Assembly: GCA_017988135.1 (NCBI GenBank)
Contig: JAGNSI010000001.1
Location: 1 to 51,906, forward strand
Reading direction: 5' to 3'
Source of the DNA: Pseudarcicella sp.
GTDB taxonomy: Bacteria; Bacteroidota; Bacteroidia; Cytophagales; Spirosomataceae
DNA length: 51,906 nucleotides
Part shown: one piece after another, positions 1-10,239 of the stretch
Position numbering within the stretch: position 1 is the first letter of the stretch
Layout of the letters: each line of letters starts with the position of its first letter
Notes under the pieces: model-generated
What the model was told of the DNA's origin: nothing
Database searches by the model: none
What the model saw: only the letters and a program-made list of their open reading frames with translations
Program-made: the position numbers and the translations under genes

Positions 1-333
1 GAATACGAAGCATACATTCAAATACTACCTTTTACTCAATTGAATGAAATAATAAGTAGTTATCCATTTATTAAAAACGAATCAGAGCACTGCTATATCG
101 TATTTACACAAAAAAAGAGTACCATAGCAGAACTTTTAGAAGCATTTCAAAACACCGAAAATCCTTCTGAACAAGTTACAAAATCAATAGATAACGAAAG
201 AATAATATATTGGCAAACTTCCAAAGGACACAGTACAAATTCTGCCTTTGCAAAAATACTACTACAAAAAAAGTTTAAAAGCACTACAACAGTAAGAAAC
301 ATAAACACTTTACAAAAAATGGTTCAATACTAG
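1..333 (+). CDS. 3' end of an unidentified protein; the ORF is open to the left window edge
   Basis: Frame 1 has no stop from nt 1 (EYEAYIQILPFTQ...). The listed start at nt 40 is only a TTG. No family recognised. Confidence 0.35.
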   Translation, partial: EYEAYIQILPFTQLNEIISSYPFIKNESEHCYIVFTQKKSTIAELLEAFQNTENPSEQVTKSIDNERIIYWQTSKGHSTNSAFAKILLQKKFKSTTTVRNINTLQKMVQY

Positions 334-339
334 AGCCCA

Positions 340-347
340 TAAATTTG
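340..347 (+). promoter_or_regulatory. Candidate Bacteroidota -7 box (TAAATTTG) upstream of folD
   Basis: Exact match to TAnnTTTG, about 97 nt upstream of the folD ATG. Confidence 0.25.
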
Positions 348-443
348 TATCATTTCAAATTAAATTACAAATTGATATTCAATAATTATTATATTTACAA
401 TATTCTAGTGCAAAAACAGCAGTAATATTTACAAGAAAAATAA

Positions 444-1325
444 ATGACTATAATAGACGGAAAGGCAGTAGCTGAAGAAATCAAAAAAGAAATCGCCATT
501 GAAGTAGCAAACATGCAAAAAAATGGGCAAAAAACACCCCACTTGGTAGCCATACTTGTAGGAGACAACGGAGCTTCTGAAACCTATGTAGCCAACAAAG
601 TAAAATCTTGCGGAGAATTAGGCTTCAACTCTACACTGCTGAGATTTGAACCAACGATTACCGAAGAAGAACTACTAAATGAAGTAGTAAAAATAAACAA
701 CAACCCAGATATGGATGGGCTTATAGTACAATTACCACTACCCAAACACATCAACCCCGACAAAGTAATGGAAACCATCTCGCCTAAAAAAGACGTAGAC
801 GGGTTTCACCCCATAAATATAGGTAGAATGGCAAAAGGATTGCCAGCTTATATATCGGCAACACCACAAGGAATACTAGATTTATTGGCTTACTACAACA
901 TAGAAACATCAGGTAAGCACTGCGTAGTAGTAGGAAGAAGCCAAATAGTTGGACTACCGATGTCTATACTTATGCAAAGAAATCATAAAATAGGCAATTG
1001 TACAGTTACACTTACACATTCACGCACCAAAGACCTCCCTAAAGTATGTGCTGAAGCAGACATATTAATTGCAGCATTGGGAATACCTGAATTTATAACA
1101 AAAGATTTTGTCAAAAACGGTGCAGTAGTGATAGATGTAGGACTTACAAGAGTAGAAGACAACACAAAAAAATCAGGTTTTGCATTAAAAGGAGATGTCA
1201 ATTTTGATGATGTAGCCCCAAAATGTTCATATATAACTCCTGTACCAAAAGGCGTAGGACCTATGACCATAGTTTCGTTAATGAAAAATACACTACTTTC
1301 GGCAAAAGGTGAAATTTACAAATAA
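444..1325 (+). CDS. folD: Bifunctional methylenetetrahydrofolate dehydrogenase / methenyltetrahydrofolate cyclohydrolase
   Basis: 293 aa. N-terminus [15 protein letters not shown]...[22 protein letters not shown], then VQLPLPKHI and [14 protein letters not shown] (NADP Rossmann), and [10 protein letters not shown] at the C-terminus. These are canonical FolD motifs. Confidence 0.95.
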   Translation: MTIIDGKAVAEEIKKEIAIEVANMQKNGQKTPHLVAILVGDNGASETYVANKVKSCGELGFNSTLLRFEPTITEEELLNEVVKINNNPDMDGLIVQLPLPKHINPDKVMETISPKKDVDGFHPINIGRMAKGLPAYISATPQGILDLLAYYNIETSGKHCVVVGRSQIVGLPMSILMQRNHKIGNCTVTLTHSRTKDLPKVCAEADILIAALGIPEFITKDFVKNGAVVIDVGLTRVEDNTKKSGFALKGDVNFDDVAPKCSYITPVPKGVGPMTIVSLMKNTLLSAKGEIYK

Positions 1326-1344
1326 AAACACCTGAGCTAAGCAC

Positions 1345-1752
1345 ATGTACATAAACGAAGTAACATACAGAGTAACCTATGCAGACGTAGACCAAATGGG
1401 CTATATGTATTATGGCAATTATGCCAAACTGTACGAAATAGGAAGAACAGAATCAATCAGAGCCATAGGTTTTCCTTATAAAACAATGGAAGACCATGGC
1501 ATAATGATGCCAGTGTATGAAAATTATTCAAAATTCTTACAACCAGCGTTATACGATGATTTACTAACAATAAAAGTAACTATAAAAGAAAATTTCACTG
1601 TAAAAGCCATTTTCTTTTATGAAATATTCAACCAAAACAAAGAACTTTTACATACAGGTAGCACTACATTAGTTTTTCTAAAAAAAGAAAATAACAAAAT
1701 CGTAAAAGCACCTAATGCACTGATAAACAAACTAAAAGAGTACATAAATTAA
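1345..1752 (+). CDS. Acyl-CoA thioesterase, 4HBT/YbgC family (hotdog fold)
   Basis: 135 aa. YRVTYADVDQMGYMYYGNYAKLYEIGRTESIRAIG matches the YbgC/4-hydroxybenzoyl-CoA thioesterase N-terminal signature with the catalytic Asp. Confidence 0.8.
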   Translation: MYINEVTYRVTYADVDQMGYMYYGNYAKLYEIGRTESIRAIGFPYKTMEDHGIMMPVYENYSKFLQPALYDDLLTIKVTIKENFTVKAIFFYEIFNQNKELLHTGSTTLVFLKKENNKIVKAPNALINKLKEYIN

Positions 1753-1770
1753 AAAACAAAAAAGCTATTT

Positions 1771-1778
1771 TAAGTTTG
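1771..1778 (+). promoter_or_regulatory. Candidate -7 box (TAAGTTTG)
   Basis: TAnnTTTG match 46 nt upstream of the ATG at 1824. Confidence 0.35.
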
Positions 1779-1823
1779 GAATAGTTATTGTATACTCTCA
1801 ATCACAACAAATAATTATTTAAA

Positions 1824-3701
1824 ATGATCAAAAAAACTATAGTCGTTGCATTCCTAACTTTGCTTCAAAGTGCAACCAACAATGGATTGTTGGCAAATAA
1901 AAACACTTTAAAAACCAACAACAGACAACTAGCCAAATCAGACACGGTAAACAGATCAGAAATAAATAGTTGTCTAAACAACCAAACTGGATTACGTTTT
2001 ACCAAAACTAAAGACCTTGATGGGAAAGAAATCATAGGATACCCATTAGAAAAACTACGTGCAAACCCAAGATACGGTTTTGTAGAAAACTTCAAAAATG
2101 GATTTTCACGTATTAAAAAAGATCAAGTTTGGGGATTTATCAATCTATGTGGTGACGAAATCATACAATGCCAATACGAACAAGCAGAAGCTTTCAACGA
2201 AGGCAAAGCATTAGTAAAAAAAATAGAATGGTTTTTTACTGACCAAAATGGTCAAGAAAGTGATGCATTAGCAAATGTAGTATCCGCTAAAGCTTTTGGT
2301 AGCGGGATAAGCATTGTAAAACTAAAAAGCGGTCAAACTACACTCATAAACAACAATTACGACAAAACTCGTAAACCTGTTTCACCAATGTATGATGACA
2401 TAGTACCGCTCGACAAAAAAACCTTTGGAGTAAAAATTGGCACCAAATGGGGAATTTATAATATCGAAAAAAATAAAATAAACGAGCTAAGTTATGACTT
2501 AATAGAACCATCAGGAATGGAAAACATCTATAAAGTTACAGTAGCTCAGAAAATAGGATTAGTAAACGCAAATGGAGATGTACTTTTAAAACCTATGTTT
2601 GTATCTCTTTCGGATGTAGATAAATTTGGGTTTATAAAAGCAATAGATGAAAAAAATCAACAACTATTAGAGCTTAAAACCAACAGATTGAGTAATGTTT
2701 ATGCTAAAATTGGAGACTTTGATAGTAGAGGTTATGCTGTAGTAGTTTCTTCAACAGGCAAATACAGCCTTATAGACAAAACATTAAAACAAGTTTTCAC
2801 CAAAGAATATAATAGCATAGGAACTCCCAATGCATTCGATCTTATTGTAGCCAGTAAAGAAATACCTGGAAAAGGCATAAAATACGGCTTAATAAACATG
2901 AAAGGTGAAGAGACACTACCTTTCATCTACGAAAAAATAGGAAACGCAACTAGCAGAGGATTACTGGTGGTAAAAGAAATGACCACCTATAATATCAACG
3001 TAAAAGGAAAAGTAAACACATCGCCTACAGATAAAGTAATAGATATAAATGGAAGCGTAATAATACCGCCAATAACTAAACTTGGCGACGGTGGTAAAAT
3101 TAACTTTGAAGTATCAGACTCTTTAAAAAACAACAATATAGTTGTAAAAGCATATAGAAATGACGAGCCAATTCCTACTTATCAATATATGTTAGTAAGA
3201 AACTTAGATCTTAAATTATTAACTCCAGAGCCTTTTGACTATATAGAAGCAACAAATAATAATAGCTTTTATTTTGTAAAAAGAAACGGATTATGGGGAA
3301 GTATAGACACAACTGGCAAATACAATAATGAATGTCAATTCAAATCTATAGTATTCAAATCTGAAGACTATTATCAAGTAAAAAACAAAAACGATAAATT
3401 TGGGTATTTAGATGAAAAAGGAAGAACACAAATTGCCGCTGAATATGACAACTTAGGTTATTTCAGAGATGGCTTTGCAACCGCTTCTCTTGGACTAAAT
3501 AAAGTAGGTATAATCAATAAATTCAATGCTAAAGTAGTACCATGTGTTTTCAAAGACATAAAATTCATAGACTCTATTAAAGGATATGAAGTGTTAGATG
3601 TAAACAACAATAAGTTTATATTGAATCAAAATACAGAATGCAGAGAAAACTGCGATAAATTTGAAAATATACGTTCAGAAGCAAATCTTACTAAAGAATA
3701 A
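1824..3701 (+). CDS. Secreted WG-repeat (KWG-type) protein
   Basis: 625 aa. N-terminal hydrophobic signal (IVVAFLTLLQSA). Repeated units of the type F.NGFSRIKKDQVWGFIN..G, KIGTKWGIYN, KRNGLWGSIDTTGK, NDKFGYLDEKG. Confidence 0.75.
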   Translation: MIKKTIVVAFLTLLQSATNNGLLANKNTLKTNNRQLAKSDTVNRSEINSCLNNQTGLRFTKTKDLDGKEIIGYPLEKLRANPRYGFVENFKNGFSRIKKDQVWGFINLCGDEIIQCQYEQAEAFNEGKALVKKIEWFFTDQNGQESDALANVVSAKAFGSGISIVKLKSGQTTLINNNYDKTRKPVSPMYDDIVPLDKKTFGVKIGTKWGIYNIEKNKINELSYDLIEPSGMENIYKVTVAQKIGLVNANGDVLLKPMFVSLSDVDKFGFIKAIDEKNQQLLELKTNRLSNVYAKIGDFDSRGYAVVVSSTGKYSLIDKTLKQVFTKEYNSIGTPNAFDLIVASKEIPGKGIKYGLINMKGEETLPFIYEKIGNATSRGLLVVKEMTTYNINVKGKVNTSPTDKVIDINGSVIIPPITKLGDGGKINFEVSDSLKNNNIVVKAYRNDEPIPTYQYMLVRNLDLKLLTPEPFDYIEATNNNSFYFVKRNGLWGSIDTTGKYNNECQFKSIVFKSEDYYQVKNKNDKFGYLDEKGRTQIAAEYDNLGYFRDGFATASLGLNKVGIINKFNAKVVPCVFKDIKFIDSIKGYEVLDVNNNKFILNQNTECRENCDKFENIRSEANLTKE

Positions 3702-3704
3702 TTG

Positions 3705-4340
3705 TCATTTATAATTTTGAATATCAATTATTTGATTACAAAATTCATATTCATATAGCTGATTAGAAAAAATAAACATTACTCGATTTTTACAAAATTC
3801 AGTAATGTTTTTTTTGTACCAATTGATGGCATTTTGATCAAAATTGCTTGTAGGCTCGTCCAACATAACAACTGACGAATCTGTCATAAATGCTAAACCA
3901 AGCTTCACTTTTTGCTTCATTCCTGAAGAAAAAAAACGCAACTCTTTGTTTTTCACATGAGAGAGCTCGATAAAATCTATAAAATCTTTGCAAGTATAAC
4001 CTTTGATTAAAGGCTTAAATTTAACATGAAATGCAATAAATTCACTTAAAGTAAATTCCTCTATTAATTCCAAATAAGGTGAGGCAATATTTAAATGTTT
4101 ATAAAAATCATCGGGATGTATAATATTATTATTTGAAGAATATACAATTTCTCCTGTAGTTGAAGGAATACTGCCAGCAATCACTTTCAACAAAGTTGAT
4201 TTTCCCGATCCGTTGGCACCAATGAAAGTATAAGTATTATTGATTGAAAATTGGCATGAAAAATCACGAAATATCCATTCGTTTTGAAATTTTTTACCCA
4301 ATTTACTTACATTAATTTCCATAACTATTTTTTCTGTCAA
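3705..4340 (-). CDS. ABC transporter ATP-binding protein
   Basis: 211 aa. Walker A GANGSGKSTLLK, signature FSSGMKQKV, Walker B VVMLDEPT. Last gene of the lpx block. Confidence 0.85.
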   Translation of the reverse strand: MTEKIVMEINVSKLGKKFQNEWIFRDFSCQFSINNTYTFIGANGSGKSTLLKVIAGSIPSTTGEIVYSSNNNIIHPDDFYKHLNIASPYLELIEEFTLSEFIAFHVKFKPLIKGYTCKDFIDFIELSHVKNKELRFFSSGMKQKVKLGLAFMTDSSVVMLDEPTSNFDQNAINWYKKNITEFCKNRVMFIFSNQLYEYEFCNQIIDIQNYK

Positions 4341-4378
4341 TTGTATTTCAACAGCAATAAATTAAAAAATAGCTAATA

Positions 4379-5158
4379 TCATGAAAGACCTTTCATAATT
4401 CCTCTTTCTGAATTTCTGATAAAATTCAATATTTCATCTCTTTCTGGAGATGCATTAAGATTTATTTCTATCTGTACAAGAGCTTCTTGGTTATTTAGGC
4501 CTTTCAAATAAATATATCTGTATACCTCTTGTATCTGTGAAATTTGGCTATCTGTATAGCCATTTCTTCTAAGACCTACAGAGTTCACACCTACATATCC
4601 TAAAGGTTCTCTTGCTGATTTTGTATATGGTGGAATATCTTTTCTGATAAGAGCTCCACCAGAAATCATTACATTTTTACCTATTTTCACAAACTGGTGC
4701 ACAGCAGCAGTTCCTCCAAATCTTGCATAATCACCTACCTCTACGTGACCGGCCATTTGTACATTATTTGCAATAATAACATTGTTGCCTATGATACAAT
4801 CATGAGCAATGTGACAATAGGCCATTATCAAGCAATTGTTACCTATTTGGGTTTTGTTTTTATCAATAGTACCTCTATTAATTGTCACACATTCTCTTAT
4901 AACGGTATTGTCACCAATTATAGCCAAAGTGTCTTCTCCTTGAAATTTCAAATCTTGAGGAATAGCAGAAATCACTGCACCTGGAAAAATCTTACAATTT
5001 TTACCAATCCTTGCTCCAGGATAGATAGTAACGTTTGAACCTATCCATGTTCCTTCACCTATCTCTACATTTTGATAAATTACAGAGAAAGGTTCTACTA
5101 CTACATTATGAGCAAGTTTAGAATCTGGGTGTATGTATGCTAAAGGTTGTGTCATCAT
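4379..5158 (-). CDS. lpxA: Acyl-ACP--UDP-N-acetylglucosamine O-acyltransferase
   Basis: 259 aa. IHPDSKL start and hexapeptide-repeat left-handed beta-helix throughout. Sits downstream of lpxC/fabZ. Confidence 0.92.
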   Translation of the reverse strand: MMTQPLAYIHPDSKLAHNVVVEPFSVIYQNVEIGEGTWIGSNVTIYPGARIGKNCKIFPGAVISAIPQDLKFQGEDTLAIIGDNTVIRECVTINRGTIDKNKTQIGNNCLIMAYCHIAHDCIIGNNVIIANNVQMAGHVEVGDYARFGGTAAVHQFVKIGKNVMISGGALIRKDIPPYTKSAREPLGYVGVNSVGLRRNGYTDSQISQIQEVYRYIYLKGLNNQEALVQIEINLNASPERDEILNFIRNSERGIMKGLS

Positions 5159-5218
5159 TAGTCATTGGTATGATTTCAACTAAAATCTTTCAAAGGTAGT
5201 GCTTGATTATGAAAATTA

Positions 5219-6613
5219 CTAACTTTTTCTTTGCAATACTGCTGTCATATCAGCTTCGCAAACTATTTGTCCACCTACATAAGCTGTTCCTTTCATTTTT
5301 GCAATGCCTCTTCTTATAGGTGCCATCAAATCGCACTTTAATATCAATGTATCTCCTGGTATAACGCTTTTTCTGAACCTACAATTTTCTATACCTACTA
5401 AATAAGGCCAATAATTTTCAGGATCAGGCACTGAGCTGAGCACTAATATCCCACCGTTTTGAGCCATTGCTTCTACTTGCATTACCCCTGGCATAACTGG
5501 ATTGTTTGGAAAGTGTCCCATAAAATAATTTTCATTCATGGTTACTTGCTTTACTCCAACCACACTTATATCATCCAAATAGATTATTTTATCTACCATC
5601 TGAAATGGATAACGGTGTGGCAAAAGTTCATAAATTCGTTGATGCGAATAAATTGGAGGTTGCTTAGGGTCGTATTCTGGAATTCTATTTTTTTCAGATT
5701 CCAGCATCATTTTCTTTATTTTCTTAGCCAATTCTACGTTAGCTGCATGACCAGGTCTTGCTGCTAATATCTGAGCTTTTATGGGTCTTCCTACCAATGC
5801 TAAGTCACCTACCATGTCTAATAACTTATGCCTTGCCATTTCATTTGGATAGTAAAGTTCTAGATTATTCAAGATGCCTTTTTCTTTGGAAACACTCACT
5901 TTTTCTTTACCCAGCACTGTAGCTAAATGATCTAATTCTTCAGAAGTATAATCTCTATCTGCTATAACAATGGCATTAGACAAATCGCCACCTTTTATTA
6001 AATCTGAATTGTATAATGCTTCTAATTCATGAACAAAACAAAAGGTTCTGCATTTAGCAAAATTTTCATTGAACTGTTCAATGGCTGTAAGATTGGCATG
6101 TTGAGAAGATAAAAATTTGGAATTGTAATCAACCATTGCTGTCAAACGGTAATCGTTTAAAGGTAAGGCTGCCATTTCTACTCCTCTACTTGGGTCTTTG
6201 TATCTTATTTCTTGGTTTATTTCAAAAAACTTACGGTGTGCCTCTTGCTCTTCTAAACCTGCATCTAATATGGCTTGTACAAATTTAATAGAACTACCAT
6301 CCATAATGGGTGGTTCTGGCCCATCTAGCTGAATCAAAGCATTATCAACTTGGCAACCCACTAAAGCAGCTAGTACATGTTCTACAGTATTTATTCTAGC
6401 ACCATTGTGTTCGATAGTTGTTCCTCTTGATGTATCAACTACATAATCAACATCTGCATCTGCAATTGGCTGACCTGGCAAGTCTACTCGTTGAAACTTA
6501 AAGCCATAATTTGCGGCAGCAGGTACAAAGGTTAGCGTAGCAGTTTTACCAGTGTGTAAACCTACTCCAGACAAAGAAATCGACTTTTTTAATGTATGCT
6601 GTTTGTTATTCAT
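5219..6613 (-). CDS. lpxC/fabZ: Bifunctional UDP-3-O-acyl-GlcNAc deacetylase / 3-hydroxyacyl-ACP dehydratase
   Basis: 464 aa. LpxC N-terminal part (TLKKSISLSGVGLHTGK...HVLAAL) is fused to a FabZ part (LPHRYPFQMVDKI...MGHFPNNPVMPGVMQVEAMAQ). This is the fusion typical of Bacteroidota. Confidence 0.93.
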   Translation of the reverse strand: MNNKQHTLKKSISLSGVGLHTGKTATLTFVPAAANYGFKFQRVDLPGQPIADADVDYVVDTSRGTTIEHNGARINTVEHVLAALVGCQVDNALIQLDGPEPPIMDGSSIKFVQAILDAGLEEQEAHRKFFEINQEIRYKDPSRGVEMAALPLNDYRLTAMVDYNSKFLSSQHANLTAIEQFNENFAKCRTFCFVHELEALYNSDLIKGGDLSNAIVIADRDYTSEELDHLATVLGKEKVSVSKEKGILNNLELYYPNEMARHKLLDMVGDLALVGRPIKAQILAARPGHAANVELAKKIKKMMLESEKNRIPEYDPKQPPIYSHQRIYELLPHRYPFQMVDKIIYLDDISVVGVKQVTMNENYFMGHFPNNPVMPGVMQVEAMAQNGGILVLSSVPDPENYWPYLVGIENCRFRKSVIPGDTLILKCDLMAPIRRGIAKMKGTAYVGGQIVCEADMTAVLQRKS

Positions 6614-6643
6614 TGTAATATTTAATCAAAACTATTTGATTGC

Positions 6644-7666
6644 TTATTTTTTTAATTCTATTGAAACTAATCTTTTTTCTATTTCTGGCAACTTTTTCAA
6701 AAGTAACACAGATTTAAGGTATAATTTATGTTCCATCGCTGGTGTTCCGCTGATGATGTATCCTTCTTTTAATACACTTTTTGTTACGCCAGTTTTTCCA
6801 GTTATGGTGGTTTTAGATGCTATTTTCAAATGGCCAGAAAAGCCCACTTGCCCGCCAATTACACAATTTTCTCCTATTTTTGTGGAACCTGCTATTCCTG
6901 TTTGTGATGCAATAACGGTATTTTTGCCTATTTCAACGTTATGTGCTACTTGTACTAAATTATCTAACTTTACACCTTCGTGCAAAACAGTGGAACCTAA
7001 AGTAGCTCTATCTATGGTTGAAGAAGCTCCAATACTTACGTTATCTTTCAAAACAACATTTCCCAATTGTGGTATTGCTTCGTAACTTCCGTCGCTTTGA
7101 GGTGCAAAACCAAAGCCGTCTGATCCAATTACTACATTGGAATGAATAATGCAGTTAGCACCTATAATGGTGTCTTTATAAATTTTTACACCCGCATAAA
7201 TAATGGTATTGTCTCCAATACTTACATTTTCACTTATTGTAACATTGGGATATACTTGAACATTGTTACCAATTGTTACACCTGAAGCAATATATGAAAA
7301 TGCCCCTAAATAAAAATTTTCGCCGTGTGTAACATCTTTACTTAAAAATGACGGTTGTTCTATGCCATTTTTGGCTTTAGTAATCATTTTTTGATAGGCT
7401 AGTAACAACTTAGTAAAAGCTACATATGAATCTTCGACTCTTATTAAAGTTGTTTTTAAAGTAGTTTTAGGTACAAAACTTTTATTAACTATTATGGCCG
7501 ATACTGATGTCGAATAAACGAATTGCTCGTATTTCATATTCGACAAAAAAGAAATAGTTCCCGTTCCTCCTTCTTCAATTTTTGCAAGTTGATTTACAAC
7601 TAATGTTCCGTCACCTTCTACTTCTCCATCTACTAAATTAGCAATTTGATTTACTGTTAATTCCAT
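6644..7666 (-). CDS. lpxD: UDP-3-O-(3-hydroxyacyl)glucosamine N-acyltransferase
   Basis: LpxD N-terminus MELTVNQIANLVDGEVEGDG followed by hexapeptide repeats. I prefer the internal ATG at 7666 over the ORF-track start at 7726, which would overlap the HD gene by 28 nt. Confidence 0.9.
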   Translation of the reverse strand: MELTVNQIANLVDGEVEGDGTLVVNQLAKIEEGGTGTISFLSNMKYEQFVYSTSVSAIIVNKSFVPKTTLKTTLIRVEDSYVAFTKLLLAYQKMITKAKNGIEQPSFLSKDVTHGENFYLGAFSYIASGVTIGNNVQVYPNVTISENVSIGDNTIIYAGVKIYKDTIIGANCIIHSNVVIGSDGFGFAPQSDGSYEAIPQLGNVVLKDNVSIGASSTIDRATLGSTVLHEGVKLDNLVQVAHNVEIGKNTVIASQTGIAGSTKIGENCVIGGQVGFSGHLKIASKTTITGKTGVTKSVLKEGYIISGTPAMEHKLYLKSVLLLKKLPEIEKRLVSIELKK

Positions 7667-7698
7667 TCTCAAAGTTAAGCCTAGTTGGTATAAAAATT

Positions 7699-8928
7699 TT
7701 ACAAATATACATCCTTTGCCCAACATACATAATATTTTTTCACGATGTTGGTCAATGCTTTAATATTTGACAAGTCTGAGGCATCTGCAATATCTTGAAT
7801 TTTATTATTTTTAGACAATATATTAATATTCTTTTTACCTGAAACATATGCTTCGTTTGATGTCGTTCCTAAATGAATAAAATAAGACAACTCTTGATTA
7901 CTTAGTTTATAATTTTCGATTAACTCATTTTTAATTTTAGTTATTGTCTCATCATCAAAGGGTTTATCAGAAATCAAGATTTTAAAGAGCTTTCTTTCAA
8001 GCAACATTTTACTAAGACTAGAAAGTATTTTATCTGAATGATTGACCCAATTTTTAACGCAGTACCAAATATCATTATCATCAATTGAGGTAAAGTCTTT
8101 CAAATAATTCTTATTTCCAACAAATGTTTGATAGTTTATTTTATTACTTAAAAAATTCAATAAAGAATCACTAGCATATACAATTTCTCCGTTTTGAATC
8201 AACTCTTTGGCTCTTTTTAGCACTATTATCAGCATAGATTCTGCACTAATAGCTGTTTTGTGTAAATATACTTGCCAATACATCAATCTGCGTGCTGTAA
8301 GAAAATTTTCTACTGAATAAATTCCTTTTTCTTCTACAACAAGCTGATTATCAACAACATTTATCATTTTAATAATTCTATCAGCACCTATAAACCCTTC
8401 TTTTACTCCAGTAAAAAAGCTGTCTCTATTGAGATAATCCATTCGGTCTACATCTAGCTGACTTGATATTAGTTGATGAAAAAATGGTCTTTCATATTTA
8501 TCTTCAAACATAGCAATCGCTAAAGTGATTTTTTGATCAAAGCAATGATTTAACTCTTGCATAATCAAAAGCGAAAGTTGTTCGTGATGCACACCGTCCA
8601 AAAGGATACTTTCCAAAAGATGAGAAAATGGTCCATGCCCAATATCGTGAAGTAATATTGCTATTTGAGCGGCTTCATCTTCTTCATCTGTAATCAAATG
8701 CCCTTTAGACCTTAATGTACTTATAGCTTCTTGCATCAAATGCATAGCACCTAATGCATGGTGAAAACGGGTATGATGTGCTCCTGGATAAACATATTCT
8801 GCAATCCCTAATTGTTTTATACGACGTAATCTTTGAAAATATGGATGAGCTATCAAATCAAAAATAAGCTCTGAAGTAATATTTATAAATCCGTAAATAG
8901 GATCGTTTATTATTTTTTTTTTGTTCAT
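7699..8928 (-). CDS. HD-domain phosphohydrolase (dGTPase-like)
   Basis: 409 aa. INDPIYGFI..., HHTRFHHALGAMH and LLHDIGHGPFSH motifs. It is the usual upstream neighbour of lpxD. Confidence 0.85.
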   Translation of the reverse strand: MNKKKIINDPIYGFINITSELIFDLIAHPYFQRLRRIKQLGIAEYVYPGAHHTRFHHALGAMHLMQEAISTLRSKGHLITDEEDEAAQIAILLHDIGHGPFSHLLESILLDGVHHEQLSLLIMQELNHCFDQKITLAIAMFEDKYERPFFHQLISSQLDVDRMDYLNRDSFFTGVKEGFIGADRIIKMINVVDNQLVVEEKGIYSVENFLTARRLMYWQVYLHKTAISAESMLIIVLKRAKELIQNGEIVYASDSLLNFLSNKINYQTFVGNKNYLKDFTSIDDNDIWYCVKNWVNHSDKILSSLSKMLLERKLFKILISDKPFDDETITKIKNELIENYKLSNQELSYFIHLGTTSNEAYVSGKKNINILSKNNKIQDIADASDLSNIKALTNIVKKYYVCWAKDVYL

Positions 8929-8945
8929 TTCGGTAGATTTATAAT

Positions 8946-8976
8946 CAAAAAAGCGACACTTGTGTATCGCTTTTTT
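8946..8976. terminator. Possible bidirectional intrinsic terminator downstream of dnaN
   Basis: AAAAAAGCGACACTTGTGTATCGCTTTTTT: an imperfect GC-containing stem flanked by an A-run and a T-run. Confidence 0.4.
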
Positions 8977-9000
8977 GTGATTGTTTTATAGTGAATATTT

Positions 9001-10128
9001 TTAGTTAACCGGACTAGTCAAAATTACTGGCATAATCAACATAAGTATACTTTCGTTTTCATTTTGTTCTTCTGGTACCAAAAGACCTGCTCTATTTGGG
9101 GTAGACATTTGCAATGTGATGGTTTTTGAAGCCATATTAGAAAGCATTTCTATCAAAAACTTAGCACTATAACCTACTTCCATATCGTCTCCTTCATAAA
9201 AACACGTCAATCTTTCGTTGGCTTCGTTGGCATAATTGATATCTTCAGCCGAAACTACTAAATCGTTATTTGACAGTTTCATTCTAACCTGATGTGTAGT
9301 CTTATTTGAATATATAGAAATACGTTTCAAAGAAGACAATAATTCAGAGCGACCGATAGTCATCAAATTTGGATTTTCTAAAGGAATTGCATTTTCATAA
9401 TCTGGGAAACGCTCATCTATCAGCCTGCAAATCATTTTGATATTCAAGAAACTAAAGAAGGCATTTGATTGATTGAATTCTGCTGAAACTTCAGTACTGT
9501 CTGAAGGTAAAGACGATTTCAACAAGTTCAAAGCTTTGCGAGGAAGAATCATAGATGTTTCACTTACTGCTTTGATATCTGTTCTTCTATAACGTATCAA
9601 ACGATGTCCATCTGTAGATACAAATGTAGTATAGTCTGGATTCATATTCAGATATACACCAGCCATAGCTGGTCTCATATCGTCTACAGCAGTTGCAAAT
9701 AGTGTATTTGAAATAGCAGAAGATAGCACATCTGCATTCAACTTCAAGCTTAAAGTCTTGGTTGTTGGAGGAATTACTGGAAAATCTATAGGGTTTTCTC
9801 CTGACAATTTATACCTACCATTTTCAGAAATTATTTCTATTCCGAAAGTCAAGCTATCAACCTTTATGGTAATAGGTTGCTCTGGCAATCCTCTCAAAGT
9901 ATCCAAAAGCAATTTTGCAGGAATAGCAATAGAGCCAGATTCTTGAGCATCCACATCTATGGTTGCCACCATTACAGTTTGCTGATCTGAGGCTGTTACA
10001 GAAAGAATATTTTCTTCTAATTCAAACAAAAAGTTTTCTAAAATTGGCAAAAGCGTATTACTTGCAACTACCCCATTGATGAGTGATAATTGTTTTAATA
10101 AAACAGAAGAAGAAATAACAAATTTCAT
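9001..10128 (-). CDS. dnaN: DNA polymerase III beta sliding clamp
   Basis: MKFVISSSVLLKQLSLINGVV... has the typical DnaN N-terminus and three-domain length. I chose the ATG at 10128 rather than the upstream extension to 10200. Confidence 0.9.
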   Translation of the reverse strand: MKFVISSSVLLKQLSLINGVVASNTLLPILENFLFELEENILSVTASDQQTVMVATIDVDAQESGSIAIPAKLLLDTLRGLPEQPITIKVDSLTFGIEIISENGRYKLSGENPIDFPVIPPTTKTLSLKLNADVLSSAISNTLFATAVDDMRPAMAGVYLNMNPDYTTFVSTDGHRLIRYRRTDIKAVSETSMILPRKALNLLKSSLPSDSTEVSAEFNQSNAFFSFLNIKMICRLIDERFPDYENAIPLENPNLMTIGRSELLSSLKRISIYSNKTTHQVRMKLSNNDLVVSAEDINYANEANERLTCFYEGDDMEVGYSAKFLIEMLSNMASKTITLQMSTPNRAGLLVPEEQNENESILMLIMPVILTSPVN

Positions 10129-10217
10129 TTTTTTTATTTTAAATAATAGAAAATCTTTTAGAAAAACCAGAATGTGTAGCTTTTGAATGTATAAAAACAA
10201 TCAAAAAATTCCTTGTA

Positions 10218-10225
10218 CAAATATA
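10218..10225 (-). promoter_or_regulatory. Candidate -7 box (TATATTTG on the minus strand) upstream of dnaN
   Basis: Plus-strand CAAATATA is the reverse complement of TAnnTTTG. It lies about 90 nt upstream of the dnaN ATG, in the gldG-dnaN spacer. Confidence 0.3.
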
Positions 10226-10239
10226 TATAAAAAGCTTGG

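Noticed and set aside
3705-4340. ABC ATPase considered as GldA, the partner of GldG
   Set aside because: It has only 211 aa and lacks the C-terminal extension expected of GldA-type ATPases. It sits at the end of the lpx operon, 6 kb from gldG and separated from it by dnaN.
7667-7726. N-terminal extensions given by the ORF track for lpxD (to 7726), dnaN (to 10200), gldG (to 11949), the PpiD-like gene (to 14237) and xerC (to 49813)
   Set aside because: In each case an internal ATG begins the conserved family N-terminus. The extension either overlaps the upstream gene or contains an intrinsic terminator (11948-11982, 49768-49801).
8913-8922. A10 homopolymer in codons 3-6 of the HD-domain gene, considered as a slipped-strand phase-variation tract
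   Set aside because: Lys-rich (AAA) N-termini and long A/T runs are frequent throughout this AT-rich window, for example at 14262-14271 and 46468-46478. The gene is a conserved housekeeping neighbour of lpxD. Nothing suggests contingency behaviour.
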